This document shows, in pieces, positions 1 to 11,724 of a stretch of 64,000 nt of DNA. The position numbers and the translations under genes are program-made. Under the pieces are notes generated by a model. It did no database searches and was not told the origin of the DNA. It saw only the letters and a program-made list of their open reading frames with translations. How positions within the stretch are numbered: position 1 is the stretch's first letter; each line of letters opens with the position of its first letter. The DNA lies in the sequence record SRR22947725_4056, one strand, 5' to 3'.

Positions 1-249
1 GCGGCAGAGATTGTGTCCGACGAGCACGGCAAGGGATTGGCCGTTGTTCACGTGTCCCGGGCTTTGAAACCAGCACAGCGCTCACAGATTGATGCCCTCC
101 TGGTCAATCGATTTGGTCGCGCACACTATCTCGCAGAGCAGGTGGACACCTCCATAGTCGGTGGTGCCCGCATTCGCGTGGGGGACATGATCATCGATGG
201 CAGTATTGCTACTCGTTTACAAGATTTGAGAACGAAACTCGCTGGCTAG
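1..249 (+). CDS. atpH: ATP synthase F1 subunit delta, 5' truncated by window edge
   Basis: Open frame from base 1; C-terminal VDTSIVGGARIRVGDMIIDGSIATRL is the OSCP/delta signature; directly upstream of atpA. Confidence 0.93.
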   Translation, partial: AAEIVSDEHGKGLAVVHVSRALKPAQRSQIDALLVNRFGRAHYLAEQVDTSIVGGARIRVGDMIIDGSIATRLQDLRTKLAG

Positions 250-295
250 CGCCAGAAAGTTTCGCCGTTGAGAACACCCAAAAAAAGGAAGAACC

Positions 296-1933
296 ATGGC
301 AGAAATCACCATCAACCCGGATGAAATCCGCGAAGCCCTCAAAGACTTCGCTAGTTCCTACGACCCCGGTTCCGCCTCGACCACGGAGGTCGGTCACGTT
401 GTGGATGCCGCCGATGGCATCGCTCACGTGGAGGGTCTGCCAGGGTGCATGGCCAACGAGCTGGTCAAGTTTGCCGATGGCACCTTGGGCTTGGCACAAA
501 ACCTCGATGAGAACAAAATCGGTGTGGTTGTTTTGGGCGAGTTCAGTGGCATCCAAGCGGGGCAAGAAGTAACCCGGACCGGAGAGGTTCTCTCCGTGCC
601 CGTGGGCGAGGGATACCTCGGACGCGTGGTCGACCCGCTCGGAAACCCTATTGATGGTTTGGGTGCCATCAAGAGCAAAGAGCGTCGCGCATTGGAGCTT
701 CAAGCACCGGGCGTCATGGCTCGGCGCAGTGTTCACGAACCTTTGCAGACCGGAATCAAGGCCATCGACGCCATGATTCCCGTGGGCCGCGGTCAGCGTC
801 AGCTGATCATTGGTGACCGCCAGACCGGCAAGACCGCCATCGCCATCGACACGATCATCAACCAAAAAGCCAACTGGGAAACCGGCGACCCTACGCAGCA
901 GGTTCGTTGTATCTATGTCGCCATCGGGCAAAAAGGTTCCACTATCGCTGGTGTGAAGGGTGCACTCGAAGCCGCCGGGGCAATGGAATACACCACCATC
1001 GTGGCTGCTCCTGCTTCTGACCCTGCAGGGTTTAAGTACCTTGCTCCCTATACCGGTTCCGCAATCGGTCAGCACTGGATGTATGACTCCAAGCACGTGC
1101 TGATCATTTTTGATGACCTCTCCAAGCAGGCCGAGGCTTACCGCGCGGTTTCCCTGTTGCTGCGTCGTCCGCCAGGCCGTGAAGCATATCCCGGAGACGT
1201 TTTCTACTTACACTCTCGCCTCCTGGAGCGTTGTGCGAAGCTCTCAGACGCACTGGGGGGCGGTTCGATGACGGGTCTTCCCATCATTGAGACGAAGGCT
1301 AACGATGTCTCGGCCTTCATCCCCACCAACGTGATTTCCATCACCGACGGTCAAATCTTCCTGCAATCCGATCTCTTCAACTCCAACCAGCGTCCCGCCG
1401 TGGACGTGGGTATCTCGGTGTCTCGTGTGGGTGGCGATGCGCAGGTGAAATCGATCAAGTCGGTGTCGGGAACACTCAAGCTCGAGCTTGCCCAGTACCG
1501 GTCCTTGGAGGCGTTCGCCATGTTTGCCTCAGACCTCGATGCCACAAGCCGCCGTCAGTTGGCGCGTGGGGCAAGGCTCACCGAGTTGCTGAAGCAGCCC
1601 CAGTACTCGCCCTACCCCGTCGAAGAGCAGGTTGTCTCGATTTGGGCCGGTACCAACGGAAAGCTCGACTCCATTGCCGTGGAGGATGTCCTGAAGTTCG
1701 AATCGGAGCTTCTGGATCACCTACGTCGCAACACCAAAATTCTCACCACCCTGCGCGATACCAAGGTCTTGGATGACAAGACAAAGGCAGAGCTTGAGAA
1801 ACAGGTCGACAGCTTCGTGACCGCTTTCCAAGGCTCTGGTGCAGAAGGCTTGGGCCAGCCGGGGAGTGAAGAATTTGATGCTTTGGAAAACGAAGACATC
1901 AACCAGGAAAAAATCGTTAAGCGCAAGCGCTAA
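296..1933 (+). CDS. atpA: ATP synthase F1 subunit alpha
   Basis: 545 aa; Walker [39 protein letters not shown] upstream. Confidence 0.99.
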   Translation: MAEITINPDEIREALKDFASSYDPGSASTTEVGHVVDAADGIAHVEGLPGCMANELVKFADGTLGLAQNLDENKIGVVVLGEFSGIQAGQEVTRTGEVLSVPVGEGYLGRVVDPLGNPIDGLGAIKSKERRALELQAPGVMARRSVHEPLQTGIKAIDAMIPVGRGQRQLIIGDRQTGKTAIAIDTIINQKANWETGDPTQQVRCIYVAIGQKGSTIAGVKGALEAAGAMEYTTIVAAPASDPAGFKYLAPYTGSAIGQHWMYDSKHVLIIFDDLSKQAEAYRAVSLLLRRPPGREAYPGDVFYLHSRLLERCAKLSDALGGGSMTGLPIIETKANDVSAFIPTNVISITDGQIFLQSDLFNSNQRPAVDVGISVSRVGGDAQVKSIKSVSGTLKLELAQYRSLEAFAMFASDLDATSRRQLARGARLTELLKQPQYSPYPVEEQVVSIWAGTNGKLDSIAVEDVLKFESELLDHLRRNTKILTTLRDTKVLDDKTKAELEKQVDSFVTAFQGSGAEGLGQPGSEEFDALENEDINQEKIVKRKR

Positions 1934-1959
1934 ACGCGAGATAAAGGGACACTAAGACC

Positions 1960-4316
<2,357 letters not shown>

Positions 4317-4318
4317 CC

Positions 4319-4579
4319 GTGGCTAACCTTCAGGTCACTGTCGTCTCCGCGACTGCTGAAGTGTGGTCGGGGGAGGCGTCAATGGTTGTGGCAAAAACCA
4401 CCGAGGGCGAGATTGGTATTCTCGCCGGCCACGAACCCACTCTCGGTGTTTTATCTGCTGGCGAAGTTCGCATCACGACCGCGGATGGGCAGAAAGTCAC
4501 CGCCAAAGCAGAAGAGGGGTTCCTGTCAGTGGATAACAACATTGTGACGGTTGTGGCTGGCCTCGCGGAGATTATTTAG
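4319..4579 (+). CDS. atpC: ATP synthase F1 subunit epsilon (short, 86 aa)
   Basis: GTG at 4319 after SD AAGGAG inside the atpD 3' end; TTEGEIGILAGHEP motif. Confidence 0.95.
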   Translation: MANLQVTVVSATAEVWSGEASMVVAKTTEGEIGILAGHEPTLGVLSAGEVRITTADGQKVTAKAEEGFLSVDNNIVTVVAGLAEII

Positions 4580-4585
4580 CGCCTG

Positions 4586-5344
4586 ATGCTGGTTATCCTC
4601 CCGCCCTCGGAGACCAAAGTCTCCGGCGGAAGAGAGGGAACAAAACTCGATGTAGTTGGCTTGAGCTACCCCAGCCAGACGGCATTTCGTCAGAGGCTTC
4701 TCTCCGAGCTTCGCAAGCTTTCTGCGGAGCCTGAACACGCCAAAAAAGCTCTGAAGCTTGGCCCCAAAGGGGAAAGCGAGATCGAGCGAAACCAGGTGGT
4801 GGCTTCCTCACCTGTAGTGCCAGCGCTCGAGCGCTACACCGGGGTGCTCTATGACGCGCTCGGCTATTCAACCCTTGAATCATCGAAGCGTGCGTGGGTG
4901 GACCGGCACGTGGGGGTGTTCTCAGCGCTCTTTGGTCTCATTCGAGCTGCTGATCTCATTCCTGCATACCGGCTCTCATTTGATTCGAGCCTTGCCTCGG
5001 GCACACCGGGAAAATCATGGGCTTTAGCCCGTGAGTCCTTGTGGGCGGAAGTGCCAGGTTTTGTCCTTGATCTGCGAAGCGAGGGGTATCGGGCACTCTC
5101 ACCGGTCCCGGCAGGTCGCGGTGTCTTCGTGGCTTTGGTGAGGCCTGGCCCGCTAGGTTCCCGGAAAGCCCTGGGTCACACCAACAAAGCGACCAAGGGA
5201 GCCTTGGTCAAACGTCTTGCCGACACCGGTGCCGTGCTGGAGACTGTGGCAGAGCTGGTGGCATGGGGCGCAAAGGAAGGATATGAATTTGACCCAGCGA
5301 GCCACCACGAGGGCCGAATCGATCTGGTGATCAGCGGTAGCTGA
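4586..5344 (+). CDS. yaaA: YaaA/DUF328 peroxide stress protein
   Basis: N-terminal LPPSETK, PALERYTGVLYDAL, SALFGL, IPAYRLS, DLRSEGY motifs. Confidence 0.88.
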   Translation: MLVILPPSETKVSGGREGTKLDVVGLSYPSQTAFRQRLLSELRKLSAEPEHAKKALKLGPKGESEIERNQVVASSPVVPALERYTGVLYDALGYSTLESSKRAWVDRHVGVFSALFGLIRAADLIPAYRLSFDSSLASGTPGKSWALARESLWAEVPGFVLDLRSEGYRALSPVPAGRGVFVALVRPGPLGSRKALGHTNKATKGALVKRLADTGAVLETVAELVAWGAKEGYEFDPASHHEGRIDLVISGS

Positions 5345-5792
5345 TGCCTTCTAGGGCGAGAAGTTTCTCCTTCGTGGGAATCCCCTCACCACCGCTATAG
5401 CCGGTGATCCGCCCAGTGGAGGCGAGAATGCGATGACACGGCACCAGGATGGGAATCGGGTTTCTCCCCACCGCCCCTCCTACAGCGCGAGGCGCTGTTC
5501 CCCGGCCTGCTTTTTCACCGAGCACCTGGTAACTCAGGGTGCGGCCATAGGGCACGGTTTGCAACGTCGTCCAGATGGCCTCTTGGAAAGCTGTCCCCGA
5601 GAGGTGAAGCGGCAAATCAAAGGTAGTTCGAGTGCCCGAAAAATACTCGTCGAGTTGGGTTTTGGCCCTCCCCAGCAGCGGCGTGGATTCAGAATCGGCA
5701 TGGCGAATTCCGATGGCAAGACCGACGATGGCGTCGCCCTCGGCTGAAACAGTGAGGGGGCCGAGTGGGCTTTCCAGTGTCAGGTGTTCCAT
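5331..5792 (-). CDS. ogt: Methylated-DNA--protein-cysteine S-methyltransferase
   Basis: Active site NPIPILVPCHR, RAVGGA, GTAFQ; leaderless TAGGCT-N6-ATG. Confidence 0.96.
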   Translation of the reverse strand: MEHLTLESPLGPLTVSAEGDAIVGLAIGIRHADSESTPLLGRAKTQLDEYFSGTRTTFDLPLHLSGTAFQEAIWTTLQTVPYGRTLSYQVLGEKAGRGTAPRAVGGAVGRNPIPILVPCHRILASTGRITGYSGGEGIPTKEKLLALEGISYR

Positions 5793-5848
5793 TCCCCCAG
5801 CCTAAAACAGTCGGTGCTGTGGTGGAGCGGATAAAGAGAAACTGTGGA

Positions 5849-6901
5849 TTAGTTCTCGCTGAGGGTTTCCTCGCTGGAGATCAGCTCGTCTTTCGACTCC
5901 AAGGTGATATTGATTCCTTGATTGAGCTCAGACACTTCGTTATTGAGCGTGGTGAGCTCATCGAGTCGCAGGTTGTATTCCGCAATCTTGCTCTGCAGCG
6001 TGGAACGCATTGTTTCGAGGCGGGCTTGGCGCTCTTGGAGGGGGACCCGCGCCTGCTCGAACTGAGACTTGGAGGGGAAAGCTCCCGGTGTCGAAGCTTT
6101 TTCGTTGAAAGCATTGATGTCTGCCCGGAGCGCCGCATTGGCTTCATCGTAGGCAAAGCGGAGCCCATCGATTTCTGCGTTGAGGGAGGTCAATTCATTG
6201 CTCAGGTCTGTGAGCTCCTGCTGCAACGATTCGAACACCGCATCAACGGCATCGGCATGCGCCACAACCTTCGCTCGGTCGGCAAAATACTGCGCATAGT
6301 GTGCCTCGAGAGGAGCGGGAATAGTGGCGATTTCTGTGCCAATGATGGAGTACAACTCCGGGATGCGAGAAGCCGCACTAAAGCTTTCGTAGCTGGCGAT
6401 GCGTTCATAGAGTGGGTGGGTGGATGGCAAGGAAGCGAAAGCTTCCTCCAGGAGAATCGCGATTTCTTCTTTCTCGGCGGCAGTGAGTCTCGCCCATGCG
6501 GCATGGAGCATCTCGTGGGCTGCCACTACCGGCTCGATGCTGGTGAGGCGAGGGTCTGTGACATCAAACAAATAGATCCGGCGATCGTTCAGGGTGTAAC
6601 ACCCCAGCACGCCGATCCCCGGCTCGTTTCGGCTGCAGTAGCGGGCAAACTCGATAGCCGGCACTACCTGAGGGAGAGAGGTCATGAGGTAGAGCTCCCC
6701 CGTTTCTGAGAGGCCTGCTTGCGTCACTAATTCTTGAATCTCGGATGACGCGTCAAATTGTTGGGCAATGAGTTGATCCTTCAGGAGCTGCTCGTTGTCC
6801 CACACCCACCGTGCACCCCACGCGGCTCCGCCTTGCACAACAAGTGCACCCAGTGCGAGCACAGCGATAAGGCTGCGACTGACGATGCGAGCTGCGGACA
6901 C
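5849..6901 (-). CDS. Uncharacterised membrane-anchored/secreted HExxH zinc-metalloprotease-like protein with C-terminal coiled coil
   Basis: N-terminal basic plus hydrophobic segment; VAAHEMLHAAW; heptad-rich C-terminal ~130 aa; SD AAAGGGAG before GTG. Confidence 0.75.
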   Translation of the reverse strand: MSAARIVSRSLIAVLALGALVVQGGAAWGARWVWDNEQLLKDQLIAQQFDASSEIQELVTQAGLSETGELYLMTSLPQVVPAIEFARYCSRNEPGIGVLGCYTLNDRRIYLFDVTDPRLTSIEPVVAAHEMLHAAWARLTAAEKEEIAILLEEAFASLPSTHPLYERIASYESFSAASRIPELYSIIGTEIATIPAPLEAHYAQYFADRAKVVAHADAVDAVFESLQQELTDLSNELTSLNAEIDGLRFAYDEANAALRADINAFNEKASTPGAFPSKSQFEQARVPLQERQARLETMRSTLQSKIAEYNLRLDELTTLNNEVSELNQGINITLESKDELISSEETLSEN

Positions 6902-7032
6902 GGGTACTCCCTTTTTCTTGTGTCTCTATTGTCCTGGAGGGGTCCCCTGGGAACGCTGTGCCTCGACCGGGTGTTGGGGATTATGCGTGTGGGTTGAGGG
7001 TGGTTGGGAATGCGCCCGGTAATCTACACGCA

Positions 7033-7749
7033 ATGAGTCTTTTTGATGCAACGACGGTCACTCCGCCGGCGCCCTGTTCGCGGTGCGGCGAGTTGGTCAA
7101 CGCGGTCAGTATGTTTTGTCCCGCTTGCGGTCAATCCGGCATTCGACCTCTGCCCGCCCCGGTGGTTGACGAACCAGATCCTCTCGTTGAAGCCGAATTA
7201 GAACCTGATCACCAGCAGCAAGAGCAAACGACAGACCCTCTTCAACGAGCGACCGGTTGGCTGCGCCGAAGCTTGAATCTCGGGAAAAGACCGATTTCTG
7301 AGGGGGAAAAAGTCACAGGACAGTCCACTCCGGTGGATCATCCCACAGAAGCAATGTCTCTTTTTGAGATCGAAGAAGCCGAGAAGGTTTCACACGATAA
7401 ACCACGAAAAAAGCAGGCTTCCCTTCGGTTTGTGTTGAAGTTTGAATCAGGCCTGTCCTTCACGATTGGCGACACTCCAGGAGTTGTGGGGACTTCCCCG
7501 ATGCCCGAGGAGCCCGAAGAGGGGCTCCATCGAATCTCGGTGTTTGATGAGGCGGGCACTGTTGCTGAGGAACACCTGCAGTTCGGGGTGAGCCGGGGTG
7601 TGTTTTGGGTCAAAGATCTGCAGACAGTAGCTGGAACAGTGGTGGAAGAGCCTGGTTCTCCGGCACTGCAGTGCATCCCGCTCGATACCTACTCCCTGGT
7701 GCGTGGCTCGCGGGTCAGACTGGGTGGCCTTTCCTTCACCCTTCACTAA
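7033..7749 (+). CDS. Zinc-ribbon plus FHA-like domain protein
   Basis: CSRC...FCPACG ribbon, acidic/Pro linker, C-terminal FHA-like pattern (VVG...H.QF...WVKDL...GTVV...GSRVRLG); start set at ATG 7033 from TAATCT-N7-ATG. Confidence 0.75.
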   Translation: MSLFDATTVTPPAPCSRCGELVNAVSMFCPACGQSGIRPLPAPVVDEPDPLVEAELEPDHQQQEQTTDPLQRATGWLRRSLNLGKRPISEGEKVTGQSTPVDHPTEAMSLFEIEEAEKVSHDKPRKKQASLRFVLKFESGLSFTIGDTPGVVGTSPMPEEPEEGLHRISVFDEAGTVAEEHLQFGVSRGVFWVKDLQTVAGTVVEEPGSPALQCIPLDTYSLVRGSRVRLGGLSFTLH

Positions 7750-7894
7750 CCCCGCGGTCCACATCCCGCGAGCGGTGCTGGTGTTTCACCTGACTGTCCG
7801 CTGACGCCCTCCAGGCCATCTCTGTGTGGTTCACTGCGCCGGTGCGCACCGCTGAACCTCAACAACCCACTGTTTCACCTTCGCCCCGCTTTCC

Positions 7895-8158
7895 TTGGAT
7901 TCCCGCTTCCCCGAAGAGTGGCGGGGTGTGGAAACCTCGTTCTTAGGTCGACCAACCGACCTCTTCGCTACTTGGGCATCGCTGCTGAAGAGTGTTGACA
8001 AGCACCCCGTGATTATTGATCGGGTGGCGCCCCTGGAGCTTCGCCAGGCAACCGCCGGATACCTCGTGGTTCCTCCGATCGCGCCACCCGAGGGAGCGGC
8101 GCTCCTGTGGGAGAGAGGAAAACTGTGTGTTGTTATGCGAGAACGCTGGCAACGGTGA
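7895..8158 (+). CDS. Hypothetical protein or gene remnant (87 aa)
   Basis: Fills the gap before the ald stop; protein-like composition, but TTG start with no clear SD. Confidence 0.35.
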   Translation: MDSRFPEEWRGVETSFLGRPTDLFATWASLLKSVDKHPVIIDRVAPLELRQATAGYLVVPPIAPPEGAALLWERGKLCVVMRERWQR

Positions 8159-9248
8159 CGGTGTCATGACCTGTTGCCAAGCCGACCGGGGCATTGGTGA
8201 GTTGTCCCCCGTGGGTGTTCAAGCCCTGGGCCAGCCCTGCATCGAAGGAGAGCGCCTCTTTCCAACCGCGGGACGCAAGAGCCCTGACGTAGGGCATGGT
8301 CGCGTTGGTGAGCGCCATGGTGGAGGTCTGCGGCACAGCGCCTGGCATATTTGCCACGCAGTAGTAGACGCTGTTGTGGACCGCAAACGTGGGATCAGCG
8401 TGGGTGGTGGGTTTGGATCCCTCGAAGCAACCGCCCTGATCCACGGCAATGTCAACGAGGACGCTCCCTGGCTTCATTCTGGAGACAAGGTCCCGGGATA
8501 CGAGCTTCGGTGCTTTAGCGCCGGGTATCAGTACCGACCCAATCACGAGGTCGGCGGCGAGGCAGGCCCGCTCGATTTCCAAAGAGTTTGAGGCAGCAGT
8601 TTTGATGCGCCCCGCATAGAGTGCGTCCAATTCCTTCAATCGTTGAAGGTTGGTGTCCAAGACAGTCACATCTGCACCCAGCCCAACCGCAACAGAAATG
8701 GCGTTTGTTCCGGCAACACCGCCACCAAGGACGACGACAGAGCTTGGTCTCGTTCCCGGGACCCCGGGGACCAATTGACCCATGCCTCCCGCGGGCTTGA
8801 GCAGCGTGGCGGCACCAACAATGGCGGAGAGCCTGCCGGCCACCTCGCTCATCGGTGCCAACAACGGAAGTCCTCCCGTTCGCCCCTCCACGGTTTCATA
8901 GGCGATTGCTGTGGTTCCCGCAGCCAAGAGCGCATCGGTCAGCTCTGGCTCGGCGGCGAGGTGGAGATAGGTGAATAGCACCAGGTCGGAGCGAAAATGC
9001 CCGTATTCGCTCGCCACGGGCTCTTTGACCTTGACGACCATTTCCGCGCTCTCCCAGACGCTCGCAGCGTCTGGGGCAATCGTGGCACCCTCCGCGGCGT
9101 AATCATCATCAGAGATGCCGGATCCTTCGCCAGCAGCGGTTTCAACGCTGACATGGTGACCGCCCAACACCAGGTCTCTCACCCCAGCCGGAGTGATGGC
9201 AACCCGAAACTCGTTGTTTTTTACTTCCCGTGGAATAGAAATCTTCAC
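8133..9248 (-). CDS. ald: Alanine dehydrogenase
   Basis: PREVKNNEFRVAITP, KVKEP, FTYLHLA, DIAVDQGGC, YCVANMPGAVP. Confidence 0.98.
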   Translation of the reverse strand: MKISIPREVKNNEFRVAITPAGVRDLVLGGHHVSVETAAGEGSGISDDDYAAEGATIAPDAASVWESAEMVVKVKEPVASEYGHFRSDLVLFTYLHLAAEPELTDALLAAGTTAIAYETVEGRTGGLPLLAPMSEVAGRLSAIVGAATLLKPAGGMGQLVPGVPGTRPSSVVVLGGGVAGTNAISVAVGLGADVTVLDTNLQRLKELDALYAGRIKTAASNSLEIERACLAADLVIGSVLIPGAKAPKLVSRDLVSRMKPGSVLVDIAVDQGGCFEGSKPTTHADPTFAVHNSVYYCVANMPGAVPQTSTMALTNATMPYVRALASRGWKEALSFDAGLAQGLNTHGGQLTNAPVGLATGHDTVTVASVLA

Positions 9249-9339
9249 CGCAGGTACCCCTTAGCTTCGTGGCTAAACCCGGGGATAGTCATTCGCTATC
9301 GACCCTTAGTAGCAGGCTCTCACATGAGCCCGGCTCAGT

Positions 9340-10311
9340 CTATATCGTGGCTCGAAGTCCTCCAATAACCTTTTCTCCGCCTAACACAGCAGTAGACACT
9401 CGGGCCGTGAGTTCCCCTGCAACAGAGGAGGTGATTGCTCCAATTTTTGCCAGGGCCGCCAGCGCAACAGGTGTCGTGGCGCGCATGGAACCATCGAGTA
9501 TCTTCACAGCGACGGCCACTCCACTCGGTGTTGCGATCGTAACCAATCCTTCTGCGCCGATCTTTGCGATGCCACCGATCGTGTCAATGGTCACCGTGTT
9601 GTCGCGACCATGACCATCGAGGGCCCACGAGTGGGCTGCGACCGCTGAGAGAAGGTGTTGTTCGGGCTCGGTGTCTGCCTTCCCAATCTTGGCCATGGCC
9701 CGCGCAAGCCCCTTCACGCTGATCGCGTGAAGGGGCGCGCCGCAACCATCGGCGGAGCTGTGGGAGGGGACTTCTTCGGTGTAGCGGACGATGGTGTCAA
9801 AAACCAGACTTTGAAGCGGATGCTCCGGCTCAAGGTAGGTGTCCTTATCCCACCCCGCATGCTCGCACGTTGCCAGGAAGCCAGCGTGCTTTCCCGAGCA
9901 ATTCATGGCCAGGCGACTGGGAGATCCCACCTCCTTCTCCATCAGCGCGCGTTCCTTTGCCCCCAGAGGCCAATCCTCGGGGCACAGCAGCAGCTCGGGG
10001 GACACGCCATGGTTGGTGAGCAGTTGCTCGATAGCTCTGCGGTGTTCTGAAGAACCGCAGTGGCTTGCCGTGCTGAGAGCCAATTCCTGCGGAGTGAGGT
10101 CCACCCCGGTGGAGAGCATGGCGAGGGCTTGAAGAGGTTTGACAGTGGAGCGGGGATAAACCACAGCGTCAGAATTGCCACCCTCAAGGAGAACTTTTCC
10201 GGTGTGATCCACCACGGCAAAAACTCCATGATGGATTGACTCCACGAGGGAATCTCGAACCAGTTCAGCGATAACAACGCCGTCGCCGGATGTGAGCGGG
10301 TGGAGACCCAC
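9340..10311 (-). CDS. L-asparaginase II family (class 3, Rhizobium AnsA-like)
   Basis: RSTVKPLQA, ASHCG, NCSGKHAG, DGCGAP, AKIGAEG motifs. Confidence 0.9.
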   Translation of the reverse strand: MGLHPLTSGDGVVIAELVRDSLVESIHHGVFAVVDHTGKVLLEGGNSDAVVYPRSTVKPLQALAMLSTGVDLTPQELALSTASHCGSSEHRRAIEQLLTNHGVSPELLLCPEDWPLGAKERALMEKEVGSPSRLAMNCSGKHAGFLATCEHAGWDKDTYLEPEHPLQSLVFDTIVRYTEEVPSHSSADGCGAPLHAISVKGLARAMAKIGKADTEPEQHLLSAVAAHSWALDGHGRDNTVTIDTIGGIAKIGAEGLVTIATPSGVAVAVKILDGSMRATTPVALAALAKIGAITSSVAGELTARVSTAVLGGEKVIGGLRATI

Positions 10312-10314
10312 TAT

Positions 10315-11661
10315 TTAGAGCGATTCCAATCCCGCGGCCATAACGGCCACGGCTTCCTCAAGCTGACTATCCGTGATCACCAGGGAGGGTAGGAAACGAA
10401 GCACATTCCCGAAGCTCCCGGCAGTGAGGATGAGCACACCCTGCTGGAGGGCATAAGCCTGGAGGGCTTTGGCGATGTCGGCGGAAGGTTTCCCGGTCGC
10501 GGGGTCATGGAACTCGATGGCGATCATTGCCCCGATGCCTCGAACGTCTGCGACGTGAGGGAATCGGTTCTTCAGGCCGTCGAGGCCTGACATCAGAGTC
10601 TTTTCTATTCTCTTGGCTTCGGCCAGAAGACCAAGTCTTTCCACTTCGGAGAACACCGCGACCACCGCTGCGCAGGAGACCGGGTTGCCCCCAAAAGTCC
10701 CACCCAGTCCGCCTGGGTGGGAAGAGTCCATGATCTCCGCGCGCCCCGTAACGGCGGCAATCGGCATTCCGCCACCAATTCCTTTGGCGCTTGTCACCAT
10801 GTCGGGAACAATGCCGAAGTGGTCGCTGGCAAAGTACGAGCCCGTCCGGGCCATCCCGCTTTGCACTTCATCCGAAACATAGACAATCCCATTGTCGTGA
10901 CACCACTTGAGGAGTGCGGGGAGGTAGCCCTTTGCCGGGACGATGAAACCCCCTTCACCCTGAATAGGTTCGACCACAAGGCAGGCGATTTGGCTGGCGC
11001 CAACGCGCTTTTCCAAATAGGTAATCGTCCGCTCGGCAGCTTCTTCGCCGCTGAGCCCATCGTGGAAGGGCGAGGAGTTAGGTGCATGGTGAACAGATCC
11101 TGCTAGCGGACCGAAACCCGTGCCATAGGGGTGCATGTTGTAGTTCATCGCCGAGGTCAAGTTCGTGCGTCCGTGATAGCCGTGGTGCAACACGGCAATT
11201 TCTGTCCGACCGGTGTGTTTGCGGGCGATTTTCACAGCATTCTCAACAGCTTCTGCGCCGGAATTCACCAAGACGGATTTTTTCGCAAAATCACCGGGAG
11301 TGTGGCGGGCAAGAAGTTCACAGACCTCGATGTAGGGCTCGTAGCCTGCCACCGCGAACAAGGTATGGGTGACTTTGGCGGCCTGCTCAGCGATGGCATC
11401 CACCACGGCATCGTTGGTGTGGCCGATGGTCATGACACCGATACCCCCGGTCAAATCCAGGAACTGATTCCCATCTACATCGACAATGATCGCGTCGTGA
11501 GCGTGGGCGGCATACACCGGGAAAGTCGCGGACACTCCACCGGACACGGTCGCTTGGCGACGCGCGTGAAGCTTCTGTGATTCGGGCCCGGGGATTTCCG
11601 TGATCAGGCGGGGAGACAGCGCACCTGTCTTTGCGGATCGGGAGGAAAGAGTGTCGGTCAT
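10315..11661 (-). CDS. gabT: 4-aminobutyrate aminotransferase-like class III PLP aminotransferase
   Basis: NSGAEAVENAVKIAR, EPIQGEGG, DEVQSG, SAKGIGGG (PLP Lys), GGTFGGNP; start set at ATG 11661 (TACACT-N8-ATG), not the 616-aa ORF. Confidence 0.88.
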   Translation of the reverse strand: MTDTLSSRSAKTGALSPRLITEIPGPESQKLHARRQATVSGGVSATFPVYAAHAHDAIIVDVDGNQFLDLTGGIGVMTIGHTNDAVVDAIAEQAAKVTHTLFAVAGYEPYIEVCELLARHTPGDFAKKSVLVNSGAEAVENAVKIARKHTGRTEIAVLHHGYHGRTNLTSAMNYNMHPYGTGFGPLAGSVHHAPNSSPFHDGLSGEEAAERTITYLEKRVGASQIACLVVEPIQGEGGFIVPAKGYLPALLKWCHDNGIVYVSDEVQSGMARTGSYFASDHFGIVPDMVTSAKGIGGGMPIAAVTGRAEIMDSSHPGGLGGTFGGNPVSCAAVVAVFSEVERLGLLAEAKRIEKTLMSGLDGLKNRFPHVADVRGIGAMIAIEFHDPATGKPSADIAKALQAYALQQGVLILTAGSFGNVLRFLPSLVITDSQLEEAVAVMAAGLESL

Positions 11662-11724
11662 AAAGCCCCAGTGTAGACCTGTAGCCTCGAAAAACAGCGG
11701 GAACAAGCGTGGAGGAGAGCGGTC

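Noticed and set aside
5765..6709. 314-aa plus-strand ORF
   Set aside because: Antisense to the HExxH protein, which has the signal segment, motif and SD.
7782..7880. TGTTTCAC twice, resembling parS
   Set aside because: Half-sites only; the GTGAAACA arm is missing in both.
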